Counted from the first letter of the stretch, positions 38,046-48,518 are shown. The stretch: DNA of 59,420 nt from an archaeon (GCA_043806035.1 JAZDHK010000020.1:1-59420), one strand, 5' to 3'. Numbers and translations are program-made. Notes: generated from the letters alone by a model not told the origin.

Positions 38046-38867
38046 ATGGACGGCACATTGCACATCACGTCGACAAGAACGCTCAATAATGGCGTACGTA
38101 TACCGCTGCTCGGATTAGGCACGTATAGGGCGACACCGCAAGAGACAGAGCGTGCCGTCAGCGAAGCATTAGCGCTCGGGTACAGGCACATTGACACTGC
38201 TGCATTCTATGCCAACGAGCAGGCCGTAGGCAAGGCAGTAAGGGACAGCAAGATTCCCCGAGAGGAACTATTCATCACGACAAAAATCCAGAACGACGAC
38301 CATGCTGATCCTGCAGCGGCATTGCAGACCAGCTTGCAAAAGCTCGATATGGACTACGTCGACCTCTACCTCATCCACTGGCCCGTTCCTGAACGGATTG
38401 CGTCGTGGAAAGCGTTGGAGCTGCTGCACAAGCGAGGCCTAGCGAGAGCGATTGGCGTGAGCAATTTCACCATCGCACATCTGCAAGAGCTGCTGCCTAA
38501 GGCAACCATCACTCCTCAAGTTAACCAAGTTGAGTTCAGTCCCTACCTCTACCAGAAGGAACTGCTTGACTATTGTGAAAAACACCACATCGTGCTCGAG
38601 GCGTACAGCCCGTTGACGAGAGGGAAAAAGTTTGATGACGAACGACTCTTGGACATAGCAAAAAAACATGGCAAGACGCCTGCACAGATACTCATCAGGT
38701 GGGCATTGCAGCACACTATTGTCGTCTTGCCAAAATCGACGACGGAAGCGCGCATCAAAGAGAACAGCAGCATATACGATTTCAATTTAGACAAGCAGGA
38801 CATGCAGCTGCTCGACAGTTTGAACGAGAACTTGCATGTGTCCTGGGATCCGACAAACATCGTGTGA
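38046..38867 (+). CDS. Aldo/keto reductase
   Basis: GYRHIDTAAFY, DLYLIHWP, IGVSNF, NQVE, LPKS. Confidence 0.95.
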   Translation: MDGTLHITSTRTLNNGVRIPLLGLGTYRATPQETERAVSEALALGYRHIDTAAFYANEQAVGKAVRDSKIPREELFITTKIQNDDHADPAAALQTSLQKLDMDYVDLYLIHWPVPERIASWKALELLHKRGLARAIGVSNFTIAHLQELLPKATITPQVNQVEFSPYLYQKELLDYCEKHHIVLEAYSPLTRGKKFDDERLLDIAKKHGKTPAQILIRWALQHTIVVLPKSTTEARIKENSSIYDFNLDKQDMQLLDSLNENLHVSWDPTNIV

Positions 38868-38871
38868 GAAC

Positions 38872-40017
38872 ATGCAAAGACTGCACATTGCCATATTCAC
38901 GGACACGTTCCTACCGCAGATCAATGGGGTCAGCCTGGCAACGGTGCTGTTGGCACAAGGTCTCGCAAAAAAAAAGCACAAGGTCATCATCGTCTGCCCG
39001 CAGTACACCAAAAATGATCCCTCGCTGCCTGGCGTCAAGCTCTGCAGGGTTCCTTCCCTGCCTGCGTTCTTCTACGAGAAATACAAGGCAGGCCTGCCGT
39101 TGCAGCCGAAACTGTTCAAGGCATTACATGACGTTGATGTCATCCACTTCCAGACGCCGTTCACGCTCGGCCTCAGCGCTGTTGCCATCGCACACGTGCT
39201 CAAGAAACCGCTCGTCCAGACATTCCACACCTTCTATGCTGATCCGCAGTACTTGCAGCACGCGGGACTCAACAAACCTTGGGCGGAGCGGCTGATGTGG
39301 AAGTATGCATCATGGATTAATAATCAGTGCCAGCTCATCACAACACCCTCCGCGTTCACCAGAAGGGAGCTGATCAGGAAAGGATGCACACAGCAGATCA
39401 TTGTCATCTCCAACGGCGTGGTGAAGAGCACGCACAATCGTCAAGGAGCGATGGCATTGCAAAAAAAATACGGCAAGGACCTGCTGCTGTTCGTCGGCAG
39501 GATTGCGCACGAGAAAAACATAGACTACCTACTCGACTGCTTCAAAATGGTCAGCAGACGCAGACCATCAGCAAAACTTTTGCTCGTTGGTGATGGGCCC
39601 CAGCGGGATGATGCCATGCGCACCATCAAACGACTCAGGCTTTCTGAGAAAGTCATCCTGCTGGGCAGCATCCCACATGATGAGCTGCTTGCTTCCGGCA
39701 CGTTCGAGGCATGCAAGCTCTTCGTCACTGCTTCAGTGACCGAAAACCAGCCCCTGACGATACTGGAGGCGCAGGAAAAAGGGCTTGTCTGCATCGGCGT
39801 GCGCGCCAAAGGCATCCCTGACTGCATCAACAACGGAAAGACAGGATATGTGCTCAAACGAAACGACAAGAAAGGTTTTGCAAAAGCCATTGTGCGGCTG
39901 CTCGAGGATGACAGACAATACGCACACATGAAATCTGCGACATTGACACAGATACGCGAACATCGCATAGATGCCATCATAGGCAGATGGGAAAAGGCAT
40001 ATGCCGCATTGCTTTAG
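38872..40017 (+). CDS. GT4 glycosyltransferase
   Basis: FTDTFLPQINGV, FVGRIAHEKN, VGDGP, ENQPLTILEA. Confidence 0.92.
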   Translation: MQRLHIAIFTDTFLPQINGVSLATVLLAQGLAKKKHKVIIVCPQYTKNDPSLPGVKLCRVPSLPAFFYEKYKAGLPLQPKLFKALHDVDVIHFQTPFTLGLSAVAIAHVLKKPLVQTFHTFYADPQYLQHAGLNKPWAERLMWKYASWINNQCQLITTPSAFTRRELIRKGCTQQIIVISNGVVKSTHNRQGAMALQKKYGKDLLLFVGRIAHEKNIDYLLDCFKMVSRRRPSAKLLLVGDGPQRDDAMRTIKRLRLSEKVILLGSIPHDELLASGTFEACKLFVTASVTENQPLTILEAQEKGLVCIGVRAKGIPDCINNGKTGYVLKRNDKKGFAKAIVRLLEDDRQYAHMKSATLTQIREHRIDAIIGRWEKAYAALL

Positions 40018-40706
40018 CGACGCTGCTTACACATGCCTGATGCACAATAGGATGTCTCGTTACAGTCATAATTGTCTCGGCATTCCACGCAGGATAACGT
40101 GGCATTCAGGCAGTATGGTTTCTTTTCAGGGCAGTCGCTGTTCTGCAGGCAGATAACGCAGGTATTTGCTGCAGTGTTGCAGACGGCTTTGCCAGGCTGT
40201 ACGCAGTCGCTGCTGTTCAGGCAGTCTACACAAGCATACGCGTCCTTGCATACTTTGCTTCCCGTGCAGTCTCTTGTCGCCATGCATTCGACACAAATGC
40301 CTGCATTGCAGAAGGGAGCATTGATGTTCAGTGCTGAGCAGTTCGCATCCTCCTCGCATACTGCGGTGTGGATGAACGAACTATTGACCCAGCCTGCCGT
40401 GCCATTCTCTAGGACTGCATAGTAGTGCATCTCGTCCTTGACCAGGGCAAGAGCGGTGAGCGTTGCAGGAATGCCACCGCATGCCTTTGTCAGAGTGACT
40501 GCCTTTCGCTCAAGCAAAGGGGTAGTGTAAAGGGTCAGGCTCTTTGTCTTGCATGTATTCTTGGCAAGCGTGCTGAGAATGGCTGTTTGGTTCGTACTGG
40601 TTATCGTTATTTCAGGAGGCTTGATGAACGTGCCGACAAGCAGGGTGCATCCCACGAGAAGGACGAGGACGAGCATGACGAGCAGGGCAAATGTTGTCTT
40701 CTGCAT
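40014..40706 (-). CDS. Membrane-anchored Cys-rich repeat protein
   Basis: N-terminal TM, five CVxC..x.DC-type repeats. Confidence 0.75.
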   Translation of the reverse strand: MQKTTFALLVMLVLVLLVGCTLLVGTFIKPPEITITSTNQTAILSTLAKNTCKTKSLTLYTTPLLERKAVTLTKACGGIPATLTALALVKDEMHYYAVLENGTAGWVNSSFIHTAVCEEDANCSALNINAPFCNAGICVECMATRDCTGSKVCKDAYACVDCLNSSDCVQPGKAVCNTAANTCVICLQNSDCPEKKPYCLNATLSCVECRDNYDCNETSYCASGMCKQRR

Positions 40707-40730
40707 GCCAAAATGTTCGGCATGGCTGCT

Positions 40731-41822
40731 TTAATAGTTTGCGGTTATATGCCTGGCAATGGCAGTAAGGCCGTTCTTTGGACGGAATCTTTTAAGATCC
40801 TTTCCTTGCGTTTGCAAGACGTGTTGAACGAGCAAGGGCAGCTTTTCTGGATTCTTCTCATAATAGCCAAATTTGTTCTTGACGATGAATTCGACGTTTC
40901 CCTTCTCCTGCTCCCAGATGTACGTGGTGATAATGGGAATCTTGCCCAGGCTCAGGATCTCCATGAGCGTATTAGGTCCTGCTTTTGTCACGACGAGGTA
41001 AGCGATGCTCATGAGTGCATAGATGAAATCAACAAAGCCAAAGATGTGCAGGTTTTTGTAGTTGCTCTTCTTCTGCAATTGCTGGACGCGCCGCAGCAGC
41101 TGCTTGTTCTTACCGCACACCATGAGGATTTCTGCGTTCATGTCCCTGCTGAGCAGGCCTTGCAGAAACGGCAGAACTCCAGGATAACCGTCCGCCCCGC
41201 CGAGAACCAACACCACCTTCTTGCCAACAGGTATGCCGAATTTGTCACGCCATGAACGCACCTGCACTGCAGTCGGTTTTTTGAGGAACGCATCGTCGAA
41301 GACGAACGGGTACACTGTCACTTTGATGCCTCGCTTCGCAGCAATACGTCGTACACCTTCTGTGAAACAGAGATATTCTGCATGCTTTGCCGTATACCAT
41401 AAGGGATGGACGGTGAACGGATCGGCGATGAGCACCGTGACAGGAATGCTTAGTTTGAGCTCTTTGAGGCATTCTCGCACTGTCTTGATGAGCAAGGCGT
41501 GCAGGATGACGATCTTGTCCGGTTTCTCCTTTAGCAGCCTTTTCTTAAGATAGTCTTTGACGAGCGCGTGGAGCAGCGCAGAATTGCCTTCAGAGATGAC
41601 GGGTACTTTGTGCATGGCGTACGTGAATTCGATGATCCACTTCGCATTGGAGTACGAGAACTGGTGCATATCTTCGAGTATGGCCTTACTGAACGGGCTT
41701 TCCTCGATGACATCGACGAGTACAGGAACTGCCTTTCCTTTGATGCCCGATGCTAGCGCTTTCGCCAGGCTCAGATGACCGCCGCCGGTCTTCAAGTACA
41801 TAAGGAATATTTTTGGTTGCAT
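40731..41822 (-). CDS. MGDG synthase/UgtP-like GT28 glycosyltransferase
   Basis: TGGGH, HPLW, VCGKN, FGFVD, VVTKAGP, QEKGN. Confidence 0.85.
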   Translation of the reverse strand: MQPKIFLMYLKTGGGHLSLAKALASGIKGKAVPVLVDVIEESPFSKAILEDMHQFSYSNAKWIIEFTYAMHKVPVISEGNSALLHALVKDYLKKRLLKEKPDKIVILHALLIKTVRECLKELKLSIPVTVLIADPFTVHPLWYTAKHAEYLCFTEGVRRIAAKRGIKVTVYPFVFDDAFLKKPTAVQVRSWRDKFGIPVGKKVVLVLGGADGYPGVLPFLQGLLSRDMNAEILMVCGKNKQLLRRVQQLQKKSNYKNLHIFGFVDFIYALMSIAYLVVTKAGPNTLMEILSLGKIPIITTYIWEQEKGNVEFIVKNKFGYYEKNPEKLPLLVQHVLQTQGKDLKRFRPKNGLTAIARHITANY

Positions 41823-41855
41823 CGAGGTCTTGGCAAGCAGGACTATTTTAAAAAA

Positions 41856-43094
41856 CTATTCCTTGTGCCAACGGTTTCGCTGTTCCTTAAAGAAGGTGGG
41901 TATCATAAGTATGTAAATGACCATGATGATTAGCCAGAAGGGGAACATGAAGAAGAAAGGGATGGCGTGGAAGATGTCTATGTTCTTGTCGTACTTGATG
42001 ATAGCATACAGAAAGAGCGGGTAGCTGAGCAGGCTTGCCAGTATGCCTACGGCGGTGACGAGTGTCAGTGGTGTTGTTCCGGAAAAGACGCCCATGCCCC
42101 ATTTGACAAAGCCTATGATAGACAGCCATTCAAAAAAGAATTTCAGAACATATCCGTTCAGAATGACTCCTTTGGCGAGAAAATACGTGCAATAACCGGA
42201 AATGATCTGATAGAGTGTGAAGAGACCGACGATGACTGCCTGCAAGTAAATAAAAACGAACAAGGGCAGTGTGTAGACGTCGATGAGTTTGTTCCCTATC
42301 GAAAGATGTTTTTTGAATATGTTCAGCATGCCCATGGCGAAACGCCTGCGTTGTCTGAAAAATCCTTTGCAGGAGACGGGCATGATTGTTGAGCTGACGG
42401 CTGGCGCGTACTTGACCAGATAGCCTTTCCGGATGAGCCGCACGGTGATGTCGATGTCTTCAGAATAGCCATGGATGCTAAAGCCTTCTATGTCATCGAT
42501 GGCTGCCTTTCTGTACATGCTCAACGGTCCGGGAGTCACAATATTTGCGTTGACTTTGGTTAGTATGCTGCGCATGAGACTGTTGTAGATCTGTTCGATA
42601 TGCAGCCACATGCCAAGAAATGTTTTCCTGTTGTGGACTTTGATTATTCCTGTGACTGCAGCAACGCCTTTCCGTTCGAGTGTCTCTTTCAGGATCATGA
42701 GCGCATGCTGCTCGATGATGCTGTCCGCGTCAACGATGGTTATCGCCTTGCCCATAGCGTGTTTGAGAGCGAGATTAATCGCTGCCGATTTTCCTTTGTG
42801 CTTGCTCTTAAGCAGCAGGACGGGATAGTTCCTGACAATCTTGCTCGTGCCATCCTTGCTCCCATCATCTATGACGATGACTTGCTTCTTGCCCTGCCAC
42901 TGCGCAGCCATGACCGCGTCCAAGCAAAGGGATATGCGTGACGCCTCATTATGTGCAGGTATGATGATGGTCAGCGTGTCAAGAGTCGTCTCTTTTTTGG
43001 GAAGCCGATGTGGCAGAAAAAGCAGAACGTAATAGGAGAGGATGACTGCAAGAAAAAGAAAGGTGATGACTGCCGAGAGATTGGCGAGAATCAT
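41856..43094 (-). CDS. Processive GT2 glycosyltransferase (PgaC-like)
   Basis: IIIPAHNE, DDGSKD, DAD, SED, QRRRF, C-terminal TMs. Confidence 0.88.
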   Translation of the reverse strand: MILANLSAVITFLFLAVILSYYVLLFLPHRLPKKETTLDTLTIIIPAHNEASRISLCLDAVMAAQWQGKKQVIVIDDGSKDGTSKIVRNYPVLLLKSKHKGKSAAINLALKHAMGKAITIVDADSIIEQHALMILKETLERKGVAAVTGIIKVHNRKTFLGMWLHIEQIYNSLMRSILTKVNANIVTPGPLSMYRKAAIDDIEGFSIHGYSEDIDITVRLIRKGYLVKYAPAVSSTIMPVSCKGFFRQRRRFAMGMLNIFKKHLSIGNKLIDVYTLPLFVFIYLQAVIVGLFTLYQIISGYCTYFLAKGVILNGYVLKFFFEWLSIIGFVKWGMGVFSGTTPLTLVTAVGILASLLSYPLFLYAIIKYDKNIDIFHAIPFFFMFPFWLIIMVIYILMIPTFFKEQRNRWHKE

Positions 43095-44326
43095 TTTATC
43101 TTGGCGTTGTCCGCTTTCGGCGTGCAGGACCAGTGCGGACGTATGTTGAACAAGGCTCTGAAGAAAGCGATGCCCGTGGCAACAGCCAGGATGAGACCCA
43201 TGGTCAGGCTGGCAAATACGAAGTGTGGCAGCTCGTGCAACTGCCGTCGCTTAAAGAGTGTGATTACTCCAACGAGCAGGAATCCTGCTGTGATCACGAA
43301 CCGGAAGATGAATGTGTACACATCGCCAAGCGTGAGCAGCGTCGGCTCGCCGAGAAACCACCCGGCAAAGCCGAAAAAGGTCATCATGATGACCATGGGA
43401 GCTACCGAATTTGCAAGTGTGATGAACGTTATCATGAAACGTTGTCTCAACGTAAGACCTTTCTTGAACAGGAGGTTCTGCCAATTATCCATGAACACGT
43501 GGACATTGCCATAACACCAGCGCATCTGCTGCTTGAGGAAGTTCTCAAACGTATCGGGAACCTCGCTTGGCGTTTCCATGTCAAGAAAAACGGTGTCGTA
43601 TCCTTTCCTGAGAAGCCTGACGCTAAGGTCGCTGTCCTCAGTGAGGCTTTCCGTGTTCCAGCCGCCAACTTCAACAAATGCACTCTTGCGCAGTGCTCCT
43701 GCCGTGCCACAGAAGAAAACGCAGTTGATGCGGTTATTAATGGGCATGAGGATAGTGTGATAGATGCTGAGCGTGTACGCTGCGAATCTGGTGATAGTGT
43801 TGATATCTTTATTATAGAATCCCTGCCTGGACTGGACAATTGCGACTTTGGGGTTAGAGAACGGCTGGACGATTTCACGCAAGAAGCCCTTGCCGGGTAT
43901 CCAGTCCGCATCAAACACGACAATGATTTCTCCTTTTGTTATGTCCAAGGCGTTGTTCAGCGCTCCTGACTTGAAGCCTGCCCTGTTCTCGCGATGGATG
44001 TATTTGACGAAACCCGTATGGCTGTCCGCAATACGGCTGAGCAGTTGCTGGGTCTTGACGTGAGTGCTGTCATCCGCGATGATGATCTCGTAGCGGTCTT
44101 TGGGATAGTCAAATTTCAGGCAGTGCTTGATGCATCGTACCGCGATAGGATCGTTGAAGGTGGGTATGTGGACGCTGACGAACGGCAGTTTTTTGAGTGG
44201 TATGAACGTGCGTTTTTTCTCAACCAACAAGTTGAGCAGTGCAAGCATGAGAAAGAGCACACTGAAGAACACCACCGGTAGCAGGGAGAGATTGTAGAGG
44301 AATAAGCTGAATGTCTGCGGTGTCAT
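43091..44326 (-). CDS. Processive GT2 glycosyltransferase (cellulose-synthase-like)
   Basis: DDS, RAGFKSGALN, FDAD, TED, QQMRW, TMs. Confidence 0.9.
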   Translation of the reverse strand: MTPQTFSLFLYNLSLLPVVFFSVLFLMLALLNLLVEKKRTFIPLKKLPFVSVHIPTFNDPIAVRCIKHCLKFDYPKDRYEIIIADDSTHVKTQQLLSRIADSHTGFVKYIHRENRAGFKSGALNNALDITKGEIIVVFDADWIPGKGFLREIVQPFSNPKVAIVQSRQGFYNKDINTITRFAAYTLSIYHTILMPINNRINCVFFCGTAGALRKSAFVEVGGWNTESLTEDSDLSVRLLRKGYDTVFLDMETPSEVPDTFENFLKQQMRWCYGNVHVFMDNWQNLLFKKGLTLRQRFMITFITLANSVAPMVIMMTFFGFAGWFLGEPTLLTLGDVYTFIFRFVITAGFLLVGVITLFKRRQLHELPHFVFASLTMGLILAVATGIAFFRALFNIRPHWSCTPKADNAKIK

Positions 44327-45036
44327 TGTCCCAGTTGTATTTGGTATTGCCGGATAATCTGTTTTAGTCGTGTGTAGGAAGGAATGCCACTGACTTGGGT
44401 GAGCTGTCTGCCCTCAATGCCCACGTAGATGCGGGGAGTAACTCCCGTCATGCCGAAATTGTCCACTTCCATCATGTCTTCCCTGACGCTGTCGAATGTT
44501 TTCCCGTAGAGGCAATTGTTGAAAACGATGCCCGATACGTTGAACGTGCTCGCCAACGCAGGGATGTTCTCCTTTGTCGTATTGAACAAGGCGAAGTAAA
44601 AATCGTAGTACTTGTTCTTGTTGTACAACTGCATGCAAGCAAGAGCATTAGCATATATAAAGGTATCAGTTTTTTGCTGATAGTCATCTATAGTGAGATA
44701 TTGCTTGTGATAGAATCGCATCTGGTTTGTGTAGATGTAATCTTGCGTGAGATTGGGGAATGTGGTGTCCATGAAATACTTTGCTGCGGGTGTGTGCACA
44801 TCCATGTACGTGATGAAGGTTATGCTCGCATTCGGACTTCCAAAATAAAGCCTGTTGTCAAGATTGGGTCGGCCGCTGATGTAGAAATTATAAAGATAGG
44901 TGGTGTCTCCCGTCTGGAGTTTCTGTCTCACGAAATTAGTCTTTTCGTCACGCATGTTGAGATAGCCAAGAAGGCCGGATACAATGAAGACTGCTATAAC
45001 AATCGTGATGAGGATGAAGATTGTTCTTTTTTTCAT
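44323..45036 (-). CDS. DsbA-like thioredoxin-fold protein lacking CxxC
   Basis: GSPNASITFITYMDVHTPAAK at the D.xCPxC position, GVTP cis-Pro motif, N-terminal TM. Confidence 0.7.
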   Translation of the reverse strand: MKKRTIFILITIVIAVFIVSGLLGYLNMRDEKTNFVRQKLQTGDTTYLYNFYISGRPNLDNRLYFGSPNASITFITYMDVHTPAAKYFMDTTFPNLTQDYIYTNQMRFYHKQYLTIDDYQQKTDTFIYANALACMQLYNKNKYYDFYFALFNTTKENIPALASTFNVSGIVFNNCLYGKTFDSVREDMMEVDNFGMTGVTPRIYVGIEGRQLTQVSGIPSYTRLKQIIRQYQIQLGQ

Positions 45037-45040
45037 GGTT

Positions 45041-45721
45041 TCACACGTATAAGGAGAGTTGGTCTGCAGTGAAGACCCTTCCTTGGAAGACTCTGTTTCC
45101 TATGATGATTGCGGGCGTCGATGTTATGCCATAGTATTGCTTGAGCGTTTTGATGATGATCTCGTCAGCGTCGCTGTCAACGGTGAGGACGAGGATGTCT
45201 TTCTTCTCTGCGAGCGCGCGTCTTTGGATATCATCAAGCTCTTTGCCCTGCTCTGTGCAGCTAGTACAGTTCGCGTTGTACAGGTAGAGTACGGGAAGAA
45301 GTCCTGCATTGCATTGCGAGTACTTGTTTCTAACGACTATCCATGTCCGGATGCTCACCTGCGTGTACTCTTTCTTCAACTGCAGATACGTGTCAGAAAG
45401 CTTGTTCGTCTGCTCGTATTCTTCTATCCTGAACGGGAGTTTCAGCCAATATTCTCTGAGCTGCCCGACGAGATAGTTTGTGCTTACCGCAGAGAATTTG
45501 CAATATTCTTCTCGTGAGAGCGTCTCGGCAAACACTTGCTCCAATTGCATGTTCTTGACGTTTGCATCGAGCACATCGACATACGAGCGCAGGCTTTGGA
45601 GATCTTGTTTGGTGCGCTGTTCCAGGAGCTTGTTTGCAAAAAGGCCGCTCATCACGCCTGCCAGATAGAGCAGAATGGACATGATAATGACCGCTATGAT
45701 GATGCCTGTTTTCCGCTTCAT
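45041..45721 (-). CDS. Membrane-anchored thioredoxin-like protein
   Basis: N-terminal TM, helical region, CTSC, YGITSTPAIII. Confidence 0.7.
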   Translation of the reverse strand: MKRKTGIIIAVIIMSILLYLAGVMSGLFANKLLEQRTKQDLQSLRSYVDVLDANVKNMQLEQVFAETLSREEYCKFSAVSTNYLVGQLREYWLKLPFRIEEYEQTNKLSDTYLQLKKEYTQVSIRTWIVVRNKYSQCNAGLLPVLYLYNANCTSCTEQGKELDDIQRRALAEKKDILVLTVDSDADEIIIKTLKQYYGITSTPAIIIGNRVFQGRVFTADQLSLYV

Positions 45722-45722
45722 G

Positions 45723-46229
45723 CTAGTCTCTCTGATGAATGGAGTTTTTCGTTATCGGAATTCTGTGCTTGTGGACACGTACGCCGATGATGAACAAGAG
45801 CAATGCCCAAATGAATAAGGGAATAACAGAGAAAGGCAGCCAGCCGAAGAGCAGGACAGGACTCATACCATACATGAGCACTTTGAGCAGGTCAGCATAT
45901 TTTATGCTGAAAAATATGCGCAATAGCATACTGAGGATGAAAAACAAGAACGTTCCCGCGAACAGGTAAAAGAAGACCATGCTTACGAGCCTTCCCAGCA
46001 AGTAGTTGAGCATGCGAATGAACTGGATGTCAACGTTGAGTAATGTTCTCAGGTAGACTGCATTGCCTAAGCCGTAGAGCAGGCTGAACAGTCCTGCAAG
46101 GAATCCGCAGAGCAGCAGCAGGATGACATAATCCCTGACGATTGCTTCTAGACGGATTTTGTGTAGTTTCGCAAATGCTTTGTCCGGGTTAACAAGTATG
46201 GCTAGGTTGTTACGTATCGCAGTAAACAC
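45723..46229 (-). CDS. Yip1-like membrane protein
   Basis: LVNPDKAF start, ~4-5 TMs, YGMSP. Confidence 0.65.
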   Translation of the reverse strand: MFTAIRNNLAILVNPDKAFAKLHKIRLEAIVRDYVILLLLCGFLAGLFSLLYGLGNAVYLRTLLNVDIQFIRMLNYLLGRLVSMVFFYLFAGTFLFFILSMLLRIFFSIKYADLLKVLMYGMSPVLLFGWLPFSVIPLFIWALLLFIIGVRVHKHRIPITKNSIHQRD

Positions 46230-46309
46230 GACATCACCCCTTTTCTATCGGAAAGTGATGAACTATTTAAAGATTGTGCCCCGTGCAGCACGCGCAAATT
46301 GATGTCGTT

Positions 46310-47014
46310 TCACGTCAACTCCACGTAGAAGTAGTATGGCGTTGGTGTTGATTTTGTTCCGTCTTCAGGGAGGATGAGCTGGAAGTTGTACGCGTTGAGG
46401 TCGAAGCCTGGCGTTCCTGGTTCGAGAATGCCGGTATAGATGAGGTTTGTTGTCGAATTGAGCAGGACTTCCTGGAAGTTCGCGTCTTCTGACGGCGCTT
46501 GTGCCGTATCGTTGATGTAGGTGGCTATGGCTGGACAGGAGCTATTCATGATCTGCGTTATGCCAACGAAGAACGTTCGGTGAATGGTAAGATTGAATGT
46601 CCTGTTGATCCTGTCCGAGCTGTCGTTCATGTTGAGGTAGCTCTGCTCACTTTCGATGATGGTCTGATCTGCACAGCTTATTTTTGTCCAGTCGATGCTG
46701 CTGGCCCTTGTTGCGTAGATCTCACCCGCTATCTGTGCTGGCGTCCAATCATAGATGGTCTTGTTCGTGCTATCATCAAGGGTTATCTTGCCGGTGACAT
46801 TACCCACGTAAGCTTTCCATCTGAGCGTTTGCGATGTAACGTTGAGGACGAGGGTGGTGAAGCTTCCTCCTACCGTCGTTATGGATGCTGCCGTGCTTGC
46901 ATTCCTCACTTCGGTTACGTTCTGGACGATGCTCGCTCCATCAACAGCAAGGACGGGCGCTAGCGCTGGGACGAGCAGCATGAACGCAAGCAGCATTGTA
47001 AGGGTGCGTTTCAT
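46310..47014 (-). CDS. Family B secreted subunit-like protein
   Basis: MKRTLTM start with ATGA overlap, GGSFTT, WKAYVGNVTG, GEIYATR, YYFYVELT. Confidence 0.85.
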   Translation of the reverse strand: MKRTLTMLLAFMLLVPALAPVLAVDGASIVQNVTEVRNASTAASITTVGGSFTTLVLNVTSQTLRWKAYVGNVTGKITLDDSTNKTIYDWTPAQIAGEIYATRASSIDWTKISCADQTIIESEQSYLNMNDSSDRINRTFNLTIHRTFFVGITQIMNSSCPAIATYINDTAQAPSEDANFQEVLLNSTTNLIYTGILEPGTPGFDLNAYNFQLILPEDGTKSTPTPYYFYVELT

Positions 47015-47484
47015 GCCTGCACCTCTTTTTTCCGCAGTCTGTTGTGTGCAGTCCATATTGTCCTTGGGTCTTTGTTGAGCAGTCTTGCTATAGCTGAGAA
47101 GGTGAGTCCTTGCTGTTTGAGCTGGAAAACTATGTGCTCAAGCGTGCTGGCATGCCTGTCTGCGAAGATGTGTACGGGCAGCAGTGGGCTTTCCTTGAGG
47201 GGAATGATGAGATGTCTCACGTGCGCATAGCTTGCCCAGATGGTTCGTGGATCCCTATTGAGCAGCTTGGCTATGCGGGCAAAGCTGTAGTGCTTTTGCT
47301 CGTGCAGATACTTAACTATTGCCTGTAGTCCGCTTGGCTTTCCTGAGAAGATGCTTGCAGGCAGGGTTTCTTCAAGAGAAATGGTGTGTTGCAGGACGTA
47401 TGTCGGCAGTGTGCTGTTTATGTCGGTTGGCGAATTTGCCTCTTCTGTACATAGTTCTTCAAAAAAAATAGCCAATAAACTCAT
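47011..47484 (-). CDS. Tandem double-HTH regulator
   Basis: FARIAKLLNRDPRTIW and FSAIARLLNKDPRTIW. Confidence 0.8.
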   Translation of the reverse strand: MSLLAIFFEELCTEEANSPTDINSTLPTYVLQHTISLEETLPASIFSGKPSGLQAIVKYLHEQKHYSFARIAKLLNRDPRTIWASYAHVRHLIIPLKESPLLPVHIFADRHASTLEHIVFQLKQQGLTFSAIARLLNKDPRTIWTAHNRLRKKEVQA

Positions 47485-47542
47485 TATGTAGGTACTTGTT
47501 TTTAAATTTTTGCAAGAATATCAATTTCTAACTCATTATGTA
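47478..47542. promoter_or_regulatory. 13-bp direct repeat flanking TATA box
   Basis: AACTCATTATGTA at 47478-47490 (overlapping the start codon) and 47530-47542, TTTAAA between. Confidence 0.6.
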
Positions 47543-47721
47543 AGTGGTAGTATAATACCACAATGAATCAAATTAAATTAATAACATAAATTAAGTAATT
47601 ACTAAAATGAACTAAACAAGGAAATAAATAATTTGAACAATAAAAGAAAAATACTAATTTAAGTAAATCATTAATCTAATCAATCATTGAAAAAGAAAGA
47701 AAAAAACAAACAAAACGTAGA

Positions 47722-48438
47722 TTAACCGAGTTCTACCCAGAAATAATAACCAGTAGCATCGGTTGTTGATTTGTTCTGGGGTACAATGATTTGGAAGTCA
47801 TATGTTGTTTCATTATCATATCCTGTAATGCTGTCTTCCAAGATGCTCACGAAGACCGTGTTGGCTCCGTCAAAGGCAACGATTTCATAGAAATCTCTGC
47901 TGTTGAACGCCGCCGTTTGCTGCGTATCATTGACGTACATCGTCGTTGTCTTGCAACTGGACAGGTTATTCAGCCCTGTCAGAAAACTCGGGTGTGCTGT
48001 TTCGTTAAATGTCCTATTAATGTTGTCCGTGTCGCTTGAACTGAAACCAAGCAGACCTTCCTCGAATGTGACATTTGCAGGTTGTGAGCAATTGAGTGAA
48101 GTGAACGTGACGCCGCTTGATCGCGAGGCATAAATCTCACCAGTAAGCGTGACAAGTTCCCAAGAATAGATTGTCTTGTTGTTTGCATCATCCAAGACGA
48201 GCTGGCTGGTGATGTTTCCCGCATAACCTTTCCAGTTGATGTTCTGCTGGATGACATTCACGACCATAGTAGTTATCGTTCCGCCATCGTCTGAGCGGGA
48301 GTCAGGGTTGATGCCCGCGCGCGAGCCAGTCACGTTGCCAGAAATGGTTGTCCCCGAAGGGCCAACGGCCAGGGCGACGGCGAAGCTTAGGATGAGCAGC
48401 AGCCCGAAGATGAGCACCAGTTTGACATTTCGATCCAT
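47722..48438 (-). CDS. Family B secreted subunit-like protein
   Basis: Start MDRNVK; GGTITT, WKGYAGN, YDFQIIVPQNKST, YYFWVELG; closest to 31950. Confidence 0.85.
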   Translation of the reverse strand: MDRNVKLVLIFGLLLILSFAVALAVGPSGTTISGNVTGSRAGINPDSRSDDGGTITTMVVNVIQQNINWKGYAGNITSQLVLDDANNKTIYSWELVTLTGEIYASRSSGVTFTSLNCSQPANVTFEEGLLGFSSSDTDNINRTFNETAHPSFLTGLNNLSSCKTTTMYVNDTQQTAAFNSRDFYEIVAFDGANTVFVSILEDSITGYDNETTYDFQIIVPQNKSTTDATGYYFWVELG

Positions 48439-48518
48439 CGTTATGCGCCTTTTTTTGTTGTGCAGGTTCTGTGGTGAGCGTGAAATAAAAAAATTGAAAA
48501 TAAAAAATTGGGAAAGAT

